A stretch of 64,000 nt of DNA from Perkinsus chesapeaki ATCC PRA-425. Its lineage: Eukaryota; Protista; Perkinsozoa. This document shows, piece after piece, positions 33,501 to 47,600 of this stretch (positions are counted from its first letter, which is position 1; each line of letters starts with the position of its first letter). Below the pieces are notes generated by a model. That model did not search any database. It saw only the letters and a list, made by a program, of their open reading frames with translations, and had not been told where the DNA came from. The stretch is taken from positions 1 to 64,000 of the forward strand of contig JAAPAO010000035.1 in the NCBI GenBank assembly GCA_013115145.1, in the 5' to 3' direction. The position numbers and the translations under genes were made by a program.

Positions 33501-34157
33501 CTGGCATGGCTCTCTGGGGTTCCCGACCATGCGAGTTTCTCATATCCCTCTACACAGAGGGGCATCGTTGTGACCATGGATCTGTGGCAACTGGACCTCT
33601 TCTGACCCCTTTCAGATACCAACTCCACATGCCAAGCGCGTCCGGTTCGATCCTGATCGCTGGCGCCTTGGCGTTGCCCTCGAAGCGGCTTATGGGAAGA
33701 TCCAAGCGACCCGTCCGCTGGCCGAGGCGTGTATTTGGTCAGCAACCAGTGAATTCAACACCGTGGAAGTAAGATGTTGTTGTGACGCTGTGACGCCTTT
33801 CTCGCGTCAGGTTCAGTTAGATGACAGAACAGGCAATGTTATCCAATGCCTATGTACTTGCCCCGATGGTAGGAGTAACCACGGCAGATGCCACCATGCA
33901 GCAGCTCTCACAATACGAGTAAACGATTGTCATTTCGCCTGAGTTTAAGTGCCTGTTGGCAGGTAAGGCAGCAAGCGCTCGGTATGAGCCGGCAATATGC
34001 TCAAACCGAGTTCCTCCCCTCTCGAGAGCTGCCAAGGACTGTATGAATTCATATCCATTCAAACGTACACTGATTTTTGTGACTATAACAGTTGTTACTT
34101 GTTTCCCCTTCATTGGCCTCGTGTTCGTAACTGAACATAATACCGCTGCAAAACAGT

Positions 34158-35564
34158 TTGAACTTGCCAAAAATGTGGAAGATCGTAAGAATTCGGTACA
34201 TCATTATTATGGCCATTGCTGGTGTCGTGCTGTGGAGCATTCTACTGCTGCACCACGTCAGGGAACCGCGCAACGAGCATTCTCGTTCGAAACCCCGTAA
34301 TGATCCGCTTTGCTGCCCAGCATGCTCACCGGACCAAATGGCGCTTCTTCGCCGACGCTATGACGCGAGCTGCTTGAATCAACAGCATCAGTTAGATATC
34401 AAACTAGAGCTATCTGGCAATTCCTTTGATGTGATCAACGAGCAGTTCGATATATACCGATTGCCTAGTGGAGAGGCGGAGGCCACAGCTCACGGCATCC
34501 AAGGAGCTTTTGGGGCAATCGACGCTGTTTGTGGACAAGCCCGGCGTTTCGCTCTAGAGGCGACAGCTCCGCGGTCGCTGGCTTATCGGGGCCTCCTCCT
34601 TGATATTTCTCACGTCTTTCTTTCCGTGGATGACCTTAAGCGGATAATTGAATTTATCTCACGACAGGCCGGTTTGAATGTACTCCACTTGCACATAACT
34701 GATCATCAATGCTTCGGCATCGAACTGGCCTCCGCACCAGAGCTTGCTCACGCAAGTCAAAGCGCGTGCAACAGAGATGGTTCGGTGAAGGGGTACTACA
34801 CCAAAGACGAGCTGAAAGACCTTGGCGAAACGTCCGCTGTCTTGGGAGTCCAGCTACTCTTGGAGATCGATCTTCCCGGCCACGCCGGCGCATGGAAAGC
34901 ATCGCATCCAGAGCATGTTACCGATGACTATTTGAACCCCAGTGACGAGACGATGTGGAAGCTTCTATCGACTGTCTTGACTGAGCTCGAGGAGTTCTCG
35001 CCGGATAGCCCGCTGCGTGCAGAGTTGCCTCTGGGATTGCACCTTGGAGGGGACGAGGTGTCCAATCGACGAGCACAGCGAGAGTTCGAAACTAGGCTGA
35101 AGAACTACAAGCGGAAGGGTTCGGCCTGGCACGACCTGCGATGGGAAGAGTCTCTACTGGTCGGCGGCGTCGAGCGTGATGATATCGTTACTGTATGGAA
35201 GTCATTCGAAATGGATGGTCGAATCTTGCTAGAAGATGTCGTCAGCAAGGGCTTCAAAGCCATCAACATGTGCTTAAGCAGGCTCTATCTCGATGCCAAG
35301 TTTCAGCCGACAGTCCAAGCTATACGCAATTTCGACGCCTACCGCAGTGGATCTCAATCGGCAGGGCCTAATGGACGCCTCGTCGATCCTTCGAAGGAGC
35401 ACTTAGTCCTCGGCGCAGCTGTGAGCTGCTGGGGTGAATGCATGAGAGATCTCGCGAACGATTCGTCGGGCCGGAAGCCCTACACTGAATTCTGGAATCT
35501 TGTTCGGGAAGCTGGTCGTAATTTTTGGAATGCACAGAGACCGTCGAAACGGCAGCACTCGTAA
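34158..35564 (+). CDS. glycoside hydrolase family 20 beta-N-acetylhexosaminidase, type II membrane, intronless
   Basis: N-terminal TM, YRGLLLDISHVF, NVLHLHITDHQ, EIDLPGHAGAW, catalytic HLGGDEV, YLD and CWGE. Confidence 0.92.
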   Translation: MNLPKMWKIVRIRYIIIMAIAGVVLWSILLLHHVREPRNEHSRSKPRNDPLCCPACSPDQMALLRRRYDASCLNQQHQLDIKLELSGNSFDVINEQFDIYRLPSGEAEATAHGIQGAFGAIDAVCGQARRFALEATAPRSLAYRGLLLDISHVFLSVDDLKRIIEFISRQAGLNVLHLHITDHQCFGIELASAPELAHASQSACNRDGSVKGYYTKDELKDLGETSAVLGVQLLLEIDLPGHAGAWKASHPEHVTDDYLNPSDETMWKLLSTVLTELEEFSPDSPLRAELPLGLHLGGDEVSNRRAQREFETRLKNYKRKGSAWHDLRWEESLLVGGVERDDIVTVWKSFEMDGRILLEDVVSKGFKAINMCLSRLYLDAKFQPTVQAIRNFDAYRSGSQSAGPNGRLVDPSKEHLVLGAAVSCWGECMRDLANDSSGRKPYTEFWNLVREAGRNFWNAQRPSKRQHS

Positions 35565-36172
35565 CGTGTTGAAGTGAGAGTTATTGCGTTATTTGTATCA
35601 GTACGATAATACTGTTAAACTCAAGTCTTTTGATTATTGCATGCACGCTGATGATAATGACAAAACTACATATAATGATCGTCAGAAGTACCAAGTCTCA
35701 AGACGTAGTAGTAATGATGACACTTAGGAGGACGTACAGCGCGACCAACTACGATGACGTTGCCCCATTGGCTGAATAGAACGAGGAATGGATATACCTT
35801 CAATGAGTGAACTACTACCACCATGACCACCACCTTTCAGAGAATAACTGTCTCGCCACTGATGTTTATAGTAATACTACTGCTAAAAGAAACAACCCTA
35901 TTGGGCTAAAGGAATCTTCTAAGCCTCCTTAAGTCGCAGCCATACTTGCAACCAAGGAACACTCATATCACAACAACGATCATGACTCTTTACGAAAGCA
36001 TGCATATAACAAAAAATGGTATCTAACTATATCTACTGCGACACTGGAGCATCGTCATCATCATAACTATAGTAGCGGACGGTAGAAAGTACGCGATAGA
36101 GATTGCTCACACTGGCAGTGTTGGAGGAGGATTAGGACAATATAAAGAGTAACTCTGCTAGGCATGTTTAGG

Positions 36173-37750
36173 TTACAGAAAGTGCCACACTACTGCTGTC
36201 GTCGGGCAGTCACCATCATTCACATTGAACGGGACAAAATAATACCATCTCATCATATGGCAGAGATGCTCGATGGCGCTTCTGACGCCGCCATCCGCGT
36301 GGGGGGTTCGAGTGACGACTCCGAATTGGCCTGAACACAAAGCAGCGTACGGACCTCTGTGCTGATGAGTACTCACTCGGGCTGCCTTCGTCGAACCGTC
36401 CATGGCCTCTCCAGTTCTTGAGGTTGAGCTTCCACATCTAGTACTCGGAGAGGCATCTCCTCCTTTACGCAGCCTTTCTAAGGCGCTACGACGCACTGTC
36501 TAAAATGAGAACAATATCCTGGCGGTGCATGAACCACGAGGAACCGGTAGCAGTTTCGCGGACTCCTACCTTGAAAACTGTCTCCATAAGGAGAGCCAGG
36601 TCGTCCTGTGAAGTGTGTTCCGTCTTGGAAGCCAGTGCAGCTGCTGCAGCCGCGGCTGCCGCTTGAGAGGTTGCCACGTCCTCAGCCTCTGATGTCATGT
36701 CTAGGAGGTAGTCGATCGTTGGAGGCTGGGGAATCTGGTCAGCTCTATCCACGCGACACCGTCGAACTCGGCTCACAATATCGGGCACTTCAAAGGGAGA
36801 GATCATCTCGCCTCGGGAGGCAGCAGCGATGCTGACATCCGACTGCTGGGCATTCTCGAGCTGTCTCAACAGCTCCCGCGCTTCCTCCGAGGACATCATC
36901 TGGAAATCCCTAGACCAAACTCTGCGGTGGGTTGAGTTACCGGACTAGTGTCCTCCTCGTAGCTGGCTAGCTCCAGCAGGGCCGGTTCGATCGCCGATGG
37001 TGACAGGCCGGGCGGGCCGATCTCATCCGATGCGTCACTCAAAAGCGGCGGAGCAATCCTGAGAGGCAAATCAACTCAAGCCGAGTATCGGAGACTCACG
37101 AGTCGTGGATGGTGGGAGGCGGAGGCGGCGGCGGGATGCCTGGGACTCCCATGGGAGCGTTCTCCTGATTCTCGGGGTAGCCGTTGTAACCGCTCTGTGG
37201 CTCCGTCGGTCCCCTGGGGATCTCGCCGGCCGCTCTCGCGTTCCGGGCCCACTTAACCTCGAAGAACCCTAAAGGCAACTGTACTGCAAGCGCACAATTA
37301 AGTTGCCCCACATGTTCGTCCGAAAGGGTCATCCATTGAGATCTTGCGCTCCTCGCAGGCGTGGTAAGCTTCCAATGCATGTGATCGATGGACAAAGCGG
37401 ACAAACCCATAGCAACGCGGCAGATGCGTAACCGGATCGTAGACGACCTTCACGTGCTCCAGGGGTCCGAAACGGCCGAATCGGCAGGCTGAAGAGGCTT
37501 AGTTTCAGTTTCGACAACTCTCGAGTGGCCTACCCAGGTCAACTTCCTGAGCCTCTCGCGGGAATCGAAACACCATGAGGGTTCTGACGGCCAGGTTGGG
37601 GTCGCTGAAGTCTGTCTGCGGGTAGGGTCTCTTGGCCACACTCGCCGCCCGGCTAGAGTCAGACGAGTACTTCCTCTCAGGGCCAGCGGCAGGGTCAGAA
37701 ACATACCTGCTGCTGCTGTTGGTCGGGGACGGGTCGAAAGTTGCACTCAT
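36173..37750 (-). CDS. hypothetical proline-rich protein, multi-exon
   Basis: Chain of minus-strand coding-like ORFs (37505-37750, 37096-37410, 36486-36899, 36173-36496). No family recognised. Confidence 0.45.
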
Positions 37751-37877
37751 TTCCGAGATTGGAAAAAAGAGGGAGTGACGCGAATTAAAGGCGCTGCAGC
37801 GAAGAGGGCTAATTGAACAACTCAGTTTCGAGATAGCAAGTACGGCATTGAAAAGCAGGGAGCATTTAATTCATCAA

Positions 37878-40800
37878 TCATGCTTTATTCTTTTTCTTCC
37901 TCCTCCCCGCCTTCCTCGTAGTTGGGCCCGACTGGACTGTGTCCTCCACTCGGTACCGAATCACGTGTGGAGTCTCCAAGCCCGTTAGTGCCCTGAGTCG
38001 GGATTGCCGACGTGGAGACTGTCGGGCTACTTGAGAGCGCCTCCTCTGTCCCGAAGAGCATGCAAGTTGCGCAAGCAGATCCGCGTTCGTGGGTGGAAAT
38101 CCCCGATAGAGACCTGTCAACAGCTCGCGGTGATCACAGACTACCCACTGGCTCACCGATAATGCCTCCATGGCGACGCTTAAAAAGGCAAAGGCCTCCC
38201 GATCCCGGCCCAGCTCCATGAAGCAGACGCCGATGTTGTGGTACGCTGTAGCGGTGTGAGGGCAGACCTGAGCTCGTCGAGCTGCCATGCGTCACCGAGA
38301 GATTCGCCGTCAGACTTTGTTCTCTCGGCTCTTGTACAGGGAATAGGCCTCCCTACAGTCCCTTGCCTCTAGGTAGGAATGCGCTGCAATGTCGTAGTGG
38401 CCCAATCTAAAGGCCACATACCCTAGGGAGGACCATACCTAGGGAGGCAGAATCATAGGAAATGTCGGAGCAGGCAACCCAACCTGGCCATTCAGAGGGA
38501 AGTTGGCAGGGTCGTCTAGATTGGCCCAGAAGCTCAAGACACAGCCAATGGACCACACTAGCCTCAGGGCTGTCCCGTAGACAGAGTCCTGCGGAATCCG
38601 CCTCCACTACAACGCGGTCACAGCATCACCTTGTCGCAGCATTCGGGTGAGCACGAGGCTATCGCCAAAGAGGCGAGCTCGCATGCGAAGTAACTGGGGA
38701 GTAGAGAGGAGAATAAACGACGGACTGGGTCTACATCTCAGCGGCCACCGGTATCGGAGAGAGCCGACGAGCGCTCGCCATTTTCTCTATGTCCTCGGAC
38801 AGGAGCATGGTCCAGTCGTTTGGGAGTTGGAGGGTATCCAGCGGCACAACTGTATACGCTGGCGGCGCACCCACCTGATAGAAAACCGCCGGACAGAAGA
38901 CCGGCACAGCAAACCAACTCGGACCGCACCGGTAAGGGGATGAAGTCTCCTAGGGGACGGGCGAAATCCTCATCGCGGCTCATTGGGCGAGCTACGTCCT
39001 TCTCCAGAGAGACACTCTGACCAGCTGCTTCATTATTGGATGCGAATCCGCTCGCAATGTACTGGCCGGCTGAGGCCACTGCGCACCACTCCGCTCGTGC
39101 ATGCATCAGTGTCGTCGCTGCTTCCCGATACTTGCGCTCTCGTCTATCCAGCACGTGAGTATACCCTACAGCACGGTACACCTGGTCACCTCAGTACGCC
39201 GATTCGATCAATGAGGTCCTCGACGTCTTCCGAACACTCGCACGGTGGAGGCTCCCAAGGCTCATCGATGACCACTATCACACCGTGGCTGACCGAGCTG
39301 CTGCTGCTGGATGGGTTGGTCTGCGATGCTGGCCCCTCCGGATACTCTTCCTCCGCGGCCGCCTAGAACTTACAGTTCTTCGTCGAGGGCAAACTATGAC
39401 GAGGTAAAGCCGGTTCGGCTCACCAAAACTCGGACACTGTCTCGCATGTATTGAATTGGTACAGGTATCTTTGCTTTCTCGGGGAGTTTTTCATGGTACC
39501 CCCAGACGCCAACAGCTGAGCAGGGCCATCGTGCCACGGCGATCCACGGCTCCTACGCAGGTTGTACGTCTGATCATCATCCTTGCTCGCCTTCGCTTTT
39601 TTCCCTTTTCCTTTCTTCTTCGCTGTCCCCTTAGCCTTCGCCTTGGCAGCTAGTCTTTCCTCAACTGTTATTAATGGCGGCAGTAGCAGACTGCCGAGAC
39701 CAGGGTTAGTCAGAAGAAGCCTTGAAGAATGCAATGTAGTTTAGACCGGCATCGAATCGATGGAGTATCAAACCGCGAAGGCGATACAATCCCTTAGAAA
39801 TGCATCGTACAAGAATGCCAGTCATCAACTGGTTTGAGGCATACAGCACCGAGTGCGAAACTGCCCCCGTCACACTGGGATAGCACACGCTGAACTGGCG
39901 GCATAGAAGGCGGACTCCGGTCACAGTACAGAGCTATACGGCACCACCGAAAGTATTTGCCTCACCTATCTTCACCGTCGAAACCGATGTCCTCGTCCAG
40001 CGGTCCTAGATGGCTCCTCAGTTCGTTCAGCCAGTGATTGACTTCCAACATACCCGACGGCACCGCGTTCGGTTTCATCACCGGGCAGAGACGGTGGGGC
40101 TGGTACAGGCGCTGGTCAAGGCATCAACTCAACGGCCATAGACCAGGCAACAACGTGGGAAATCCTGTTGACATGCGTGCATCAGCTTCATTTCCGTTTG
40201 CGATTCAACTTAATATTCTTCGGCCGTTTGTCAGCCTTCTTAATAGTTCTCATGGCCGCATTAGGCGACACGTCCGCCCCCGTACTGAGGGACCTGCCGG
40301 ACACGCTAAACCATCCCAGCTTCAGCTGCAGGCCTACATGGCAACATCTGGTCGCTGGTTCAGACTCTCGACAGTCATGCGACACTGTGCGCTCTCTGGG
40401 TGGTCTCGCCCTCGAGTTTTCTGATCGAGCCGGAGATCCGTGGGCTTCGTTAGCGTTTCAACGTAGGTGCTTATCAGCCCGTCCGGCTCACATTCATTAT
40501 CTCTGCGGCACTCCAGGCCAATTTATACGCTTTCCTGTACATCCCCATGGCGCAGAGCGCAAGAGCCTCGTTATGTCCCCAAAGTGCAACGTGTGGACAA
40601 ATCTGCTCCACAAAAGACGACAACTCCCTGCGCAATCGTGTACCATGGGCGTGTCAGTCTTGCGTCTGGTGTTGTAGGATATTCTTAAAATCTTAGCGTT
40701 TTTGAAACACTCTCTGGCGAGGGAGAACTCTCCAAGGTGGTAACAGACGTACCCAAGCGAAGCCATAATCTACGCGGGACTCGCCGAGACTAGTTGGTTT

Positions 40801-41550
40801 GAGGCAGCACCTTGCTGACAACTAGGTCTTCCTTGCCGTTTCTCTTTTCGGTTTGGGCTCGGAGGTAGTACATGTGCCACAGGGACCAGACAACGCGGGT
40901 GATCGCCTCGTCAATGCTGTCCTGCGCCGACGTGATCAGACACCCGACTCAGAGACCCCCCACCTTTATAGCGCCCGGCTGCGCTCGCCACAGTAGTGCA
41001 ATTTCTACCAGCTGTGTGGTGAAGTAACTGGAGGGGAAATATTATCACCCCCGAGGACGGCCTAGGCACTCACACTTCCGCATGAGGACTCAGTGGCGAC
41101 TTGTACCCGATCGAGGCGAGGGTTTCGTACTCGACAGCAAGGGTAATGCACCAAGCATCAGGCAAAGAAACACGTGGGCTTTCAGGGACAACGTGAATCT
41201 CTGGAATCTCCAGGAATTCCTGACGAGTCTGGCGTCGGAAAACGAGGGACCGGATTCTATCAAGACCTGTGGGTTTATGTTAACTGCCGGCATTGCTCGC
41301 CCGAGATGTTTTTTCTTCATCGGCGGCAGCCCCCAGCCATTGACCATCTCTAGCGGCGTCAGTGGCGGAGCGGCTGAGCCCTGCCGTATTTCAGCGGCGG
41401 GCCGAAAGCCGTTCGCTGTGTGCCTGCCCCCGGTCTGGACATATAGCCACTCGGCTCTGGCTGTGACGAGGTTAATCACCGCCGAGTAAAAAAGACCATC
41501 CCGCCTGCCAAGCACTATCGGGTGGGCGGCTTGCCAACTATGATGGAGCA
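37878..41550 (-). CDS. TPR-repeat protein, multi-exon
   Basis: TPR-like exons TATAYHNIGVCFMELGRDREAFAFL, GYVAFRLGHYDIAAHSYLEA and SLGYVCYHLGEFSLARECFKNA, plus Lys-rich KKKGKGKKAK segments. The 5' end is uncertain. Confidence 0.6.
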
Positions 41551-42325
41551 CCTCAGTCTTTCAATTCTGTCTAAGAGGTCCTCGACGTCATCCGAGCACT
41601 TACACACAGGCGGGCGGAATTGGCGGTGGATCAGAGGCCAGACGGGCGTGTTGGCGGGTGCCGGCTTCCTGTCTTCACTAATTGTTATCTCGTCAGTGAC
41701 GCAGTTCGCAGCGATGAGGTACCCCTGCCCGACTCCTGGAGCGCCGCACGCCGATCTTGACTTACTGGATGCAGAAGCTTCTTCGAAGCCACCGAAGGTT
41801 TGCCGTCTGCACAGCCGCTTTCACCCTGCCCAGGAGCTTTGGCCCTGGTTGAGCCTGAGCAAGTTGGCCTGAAGGGACCCCAGCTGTCTGACCCACCAGT
41901 CTCTATTGGCTCGAGAACTACCACTTCATCCTCCTCGGGGGGCTCAACTTTGTCCCTGCGGACCACAGACAGATGATGACGATCAGCGATGTCAACTCAC
42001 TTCCGGTTCAACCATGCAGTGTTGGTATCGGTGAAGAACTTCTTTAACTGTCGCAGTATCTCCCTTCTCGAAGGACATCGCAGCGGTATCGATACCGGCC
42101 CTGGAGAGACTGTCATCTAATAACCAAGGAACTGCCACCCACAGGAGGAAGAACTATTGACAAACACAGCAGAAAACAGGAAGGGCAGCAGCAGAACAGA
42201 TCTCAATGGTACGAGTGATGGTTGAGCAAGCACAAGAAGAGGCGCGGAGCCCGTGGTGAATGGACAAGCAGAAAATGACATCCGAAGAACCGGAGTGTAA
42301 AAAATACAGTGTGCATCATCATTAT

Positions 42326-43300
42326 TCATTCCTTTGTCGGCCCGGAGTTCCCCGTGCGCGGCACAGCAGTAGACTGAACTTCACCTAGAGTCGTACTGCT
42401 ACTCGCTGCTGTGTTGCCTGTCTCCAGATCGACCTGTGAAACGGTTTGATACTCATTAGTCGCTCGAGAGGGCTTCTTGATTTTGCAATACGTCCACACA
42501 GCTGCGCCCAGAATAGTGGAGAGAACGCCCATGAACTGGCGGGCCGACCAACCCTTCATTTCATCGAGTAGCATCTCAGCTAAGCCCAGCAGTACCACAA
42601 GCTGAACGTTGCCGACTATCGCCGTTCCGGTGGCAGAGACCACCTTGATCATGGTGAAAACGATGATACTGTAGACCACAGAGCATGAGCACCCCACAGC
42701 CATCACCATGACGGTCTCTCCAGGGCGCTCTTGGAAGTAAGTGGCGAAGTCCCAGCCCTCGGCCCAGATGGCCACAGGGACCAAAGTGACACAGGCGACG
42801 GCTGCGGTGTATAAGGTCAGAAGGAGGGGGTGTATTCGGGTGCCAGGGCCGAGGAGACGCTGTGACAAAACCATTTGGAAAGATAACAAAACCGTTCCCA
42901 AAATGCATTGGATAATACCAACGTGAACCTGACGGAAGCAAGACAGTATCATAGGCAACCCATTTAGAGGCATACACTAGCAGAATTGAAGCCTGTTGGC
43001 GTGCGAACTGTCAAAGCCACGCCCAAGGTAAGTAGCAGCAAAGACACCTTTTGCAGTGCAGTAGACGGAGGTGTATGAAGTATAAACCGCCCAAGGACGG
43101 CGATAACAACAGGGGACGCTGAGCGGATGATCTGAGGGAACTGATGCGATGCTGGTGGGCCGGTACGAGTAGTACTTGGTTCATGGATAGTTCTATCCTA
43201 ACGAGACTGGCGTTGTTGAGGGCTAGTTGAACACCGTTAAGGATGGACACCGCACACACTGACCATATGTGCTTTTTAAGGTGGGTTGATACCTAAACAA
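42326..43300 (-). CDS. triose-phosphate/nucleotide-sugar transporter family (DMT/TPT), multi-exon
   Basis: QLALNNASLVRIELSMNQV, GTVLLSFQMVLSQRLL, LLTLYTAAVACVTLVPVAIWAEG and VFTMIKVVSATGTAIVGNVQ. The N-terminus may extend to ORF 43871-44305. Confidence 0.8.
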
Positions 43301-44637
43301 AACCGGCATCGTGCCAGCATCCTTGGGGACACTAGACTCCCCCTTAGATAATAAAAAGATATCAATCGACAGGGAATCAGTAAAACTATTTTACTGGTAA
43401 GAGAGTAAAGGTCAGTGACGATTAGATAGCACCAGTTCCACGGCCATCACAGTATGCTTAACGAAGCATTGATATGACTATGTCATTGGACCCGATGCCT
43501 CCCCACTGGTATAGTAGTCATCGATGTCACGTAACAAACCTCCGGAGAGCTCCTCTTACCTGGCGCCTCATCGACGGCCAGCACGCTACGACTGGCCCTA
43601 TGGTGGCAACCATCGCTACCATATTAGCACCGGTAAGAATTAACGGAAAATGAAAACCATGCACACCTGAAAAGATCCTTCATAGAGGGCGGAGAGTCGT
43701 AGATCTTACCCAACGCCCACCGATTGAACAGCCCCATTGTAGCATTGAGTCCGCAATAGAGAAGTATCTGAAAAGGCAAAAGGCTGAATTAGAAAAAGCT
43801 GCAAAAATTATAGGAAGAAGAGGCTTTACTGGCAAAGAGTTACAGGCTATACAGAACTTCAGTTCCACTCCTACTGCCTGCTGTGCAAGGTTAATAGCTT
43901 TCGAGACGCTATATACCGCCGGTATATCGCTACATCCGGGCAAATACCGGGTTCAGACGCACTAAGATACGAACCAGACCGTATGATGATTAAGACGAGA
44001 CAATGCTCAAGATCTCGACGAGGGAACGGTACGGTATCCAAATGAAGGCGAGTGCAGTTTAATGGGCCCATAAGTATTACAATGACTGTGACATATAGCC
44101 GATATAAGGCTGTACTGGAGCAGCGCATTCTGCTGCTAGCACTGCTGCTGCTCCCCTTCTGCTTGGTATCTTCGATATCGTTATTTTCATTAAGAGTCGG
44201 TGCGTAGTCGTGATGGCTTCTTGCAGCGGCGGGCGACATTGATGATGATATGGGTGAGATAGCCACGGATCCACCGTCAACTTTACTCGAAAAAAAAGCA
44301 GTCATAAAAAACTACTTTGTAGACTAGTAAGCAGTTAAGAGCAAGACCTTTAAATTCAAACAGGTCAATCCGAATATAGCAAAAGTACAGCAACGAAGCC
44401 CGTTGAGACTACAAAAAGCTGGGCGTTGAAGACACGTTCCATTCCCATTTCCCAGATGCCTTCCGAAGCCGCAGCCTACTTGCTATTGGACCAGAGAATA
44501 TCATATTTACCCAGATCCCTCAGTCGGTGTATCCCCTATTTAATGAGACAATGAAAAACATATCAGCACACAGCTGCCCAGAACGCGAACACCAAGCAGG
44601 TTAGAAAGTGTATTTTACCGAAAACAGTTGTACACGT

Positions 44638-47600
44638 TTATTTGCCACCACCTTCGTGAGGAGCTCGCACCGCCGTAATAGTAGCGTCTCCAGGGGACTC
44701 TGCTATCTGTACCAGTATCATATAACAGCTGGGCTCCAATCCGAGGGCTTCTGCACCTGAAGAGAGAGGTAGGTTCGATAAACAACGCGCAACAAGTCGC
44801 ATTAAGTCAAGGGGGGCAAATAAGCAATTCTGAAAACCTGACAAGTCATTGCTATAACCCTCAGGGCCTGAAATCTATCGGCTACACTGTAGGAGCTACT
44901 GCTTGCAAATGTTGATTCTGTGTAGCCGAAATCATACACAAGTAGGCAAACAGCACGCCTCCTCCTCCTCCCCATCCGGGTACGTTTATTACATTCCTTG
45001 GAAGGTGGGCATAGATAATAGTAGTAGTCATCGATATGGATGAAGCCAACACGATCCTTTGATATGAAGTAATCACAAAGCTTATCATACCTGACAAAAC
45101 CATTTACTCTCAAGACAAGTAACTAAGCATTGCCGGGCAGTCGTGTATCGTAATTCGCGTATTCCATCTGTATACCGTCGTATATTTGTATTTGGTCTTT
45201 ACATACCGCTCGATTACCACAGACAGCCTGTATGATACAGATGACATCAAGGGGGTACTATCTCCTGACGAGCCCATTTTGCCCGCTGGATTTCGGTTAT
45301 TTGAGGGCATCCGGAGCAGCCTTTCGGAAGAGAACGTGTGACCGAGGTGCGCACGCGTGCGTGACCGATTCGTGGTCTTTCTGGCCGACGCCCACAAGAG
45401 CATTTCAACGAAATAGTAGTATACTACCAGCACACCTTCCAGCGATTAATTGACAGCTCTTTTGATCAAACCAAACTAGACCTGACTCACCCCTCACAGT
45501 CATCCTTAGACGCTGCGGAAAGATACCAGACAGTTGTGTCATCTGGCTGTCTCTCCGCGTGACTTCGACAATGCTCCATCTTGGTCCGTTGATCAATATT
45601 GAGCTTTGAAAGACTAAGAGCAGCCATCACCAACATACTGCTTCTCCGTAGCTTACTGGGACAAACGGTTCTTCTCCGATCCCCGAACAAAACGCCACTT
45701 TACTTGACAGGCCAGCTCGCCCATCTTCAGCAAGGATAGAGTTTCAACGGCCCGATGCGGGCTTGAGTCACGACTTCGGGACGGTACTCTGAAGAGAGCG
45801 TTGTCGATTACAGCTTTCGGTAAAAATGAACAAAAAGTAATAAAAAGGAGATATGAAGAATTCGAACAATAATGTGCATTCGCACCGATTGTTGCGAATA
45901 CGTATTGGTCAAAAATAAAGAGCATTCTATTCACTCAGTCCATAGCTGACGAATCACACTCATAGGGATTGACAAAAGGCCAAGAGGTGTAGGAGGACAC
46001 CAATAACGCTATCCTTTAGAGTCGGAGTCCGTCCTAGACCCGCCCAATCTGGACTACCTCTGATAATCCCTCCTCCGGCCGAGTTGTCTATCATCTCTGC
46101 TTCGAGATCTATGACGATGGTGGTGATGATGCCGAGGGGACCGGGAACGATCCCGGTTGATACGACGGTTCCTGTATTCATCCAAGGACTGGTGCAGACC
46201 AGGCACATCCTGAAAGTCGCAATAATCCCTAGCGGAGCGGAGCACATCACTAAAGCGCTTACATCTCTGTTCCGATAGAGGAGGGACATGTGTTGCACTG
46301 TAGGCGGGGTAGTGAAGTCAACATTGAGGAAATGGCCGGCGGCTATCTCCAGACCGTACATGTGGTTGTATGCCTTTATAGCATCAGCTACGTGGGAATA
46401 CCTTGCACAAGCACTTGCTCACAATCAATCCCTCGGACGCCGGGCTAATAGCGATCCAGTGCAAAGTTGTTTCGTTTAGAAGAGGCATATTGCTTTATTT
46501 ACCCAGATACCGGACTGAATGACTCGAGACCGTTGATTGCCGACCAAGCTCTGATTCGTTTCCACTTGTGACATTGAGTTTCTATTCAACTATACTGAGG
46601 CGTACTGAGGCCCAGAGTTTCTGGATACCCTCGCCGCGAGGGCCTCGCGCGTATACGCCGTGTGCTGCTACTGCTGCCCTGTCCTCCCCGGCCGCCCTGC
46701 CTACTGTATAAACGCACAGTTTTTATTCTCCAGCATCCTAAAGTCCTCAATATCTGATCACAAGGGAGACTTCCCATCTCGACAACACCACTTTAGCGCG
46801 GAGCCTTACATCCAAAACTAGCAAAGGCCTTGTTAAGGTCAGTTTCTGCCACTTTAAAGCCCATCGGCAGACTCCACCCAACCCAAAGCTTCTTGTCTGC
46901 CTTTAGCGGCGGAGCGAAGGCTACGTGGGTGGCATGACCGTGCTCGTGGAGGTCCCTAATTTCCCCGTATGACAACCCAGGCACGATTCCCGCCTAGTAC
47001 TTCTCGACATGGGACTGCAGAAACGCTGCTGCTCTAGTGGACTTGAGCGTCACGTGAAGGACAGGAATACCAGCGACGATAATCTGAAGGGGACCTTTAA
47101 TTCTAAAAAGGCAACGCTTCGGAAGGCTTTCAGAACCGTCTGTCGCCCCGAAAGAGCAGCGCCTAATATCTGGCGATTGAAGACAGATTTGAAGGAAATA
47201 CGGTATCAGACAAATACCACATTTCCTTCAAATCTGTCAAACTAATACTACCAATTGCAAGCCAGAGTGCACTAATATGAATTTGCCTGTGTACAGTGAT
47301 TAGGGGAACCACAGAGATATACCGGTTACTGTATACCGTGATAGAGCCCTCCTATGAATACCGTCCCCATCAGTACCTTATTAGTATCCACTAGATCCTC
47401 CAGCTTAATCCAGCGGACCAAGAAGCTTTTTATTGACTGTCTCGAATCGATGTCAACTTCCGAGGCGGGAAGGTTACCAAAGAGGACATACCGATTGTTC
47501 AGATACTCCCGGTGTGGGTGCTTGCTGTAATCGTCCAGCCTGCAATGGATGAGAATGAGCAGCACGACTCACTCATGAGAAAACGCCACCGAAGTTCAGG

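Noticed and set aside
43741-43970. ATG-less plus-strand open stretch (EKYLKRQKAELEKAAK...)
   Set aside because: No start or clear splice context, and it overlaps possible minus-strand exons.
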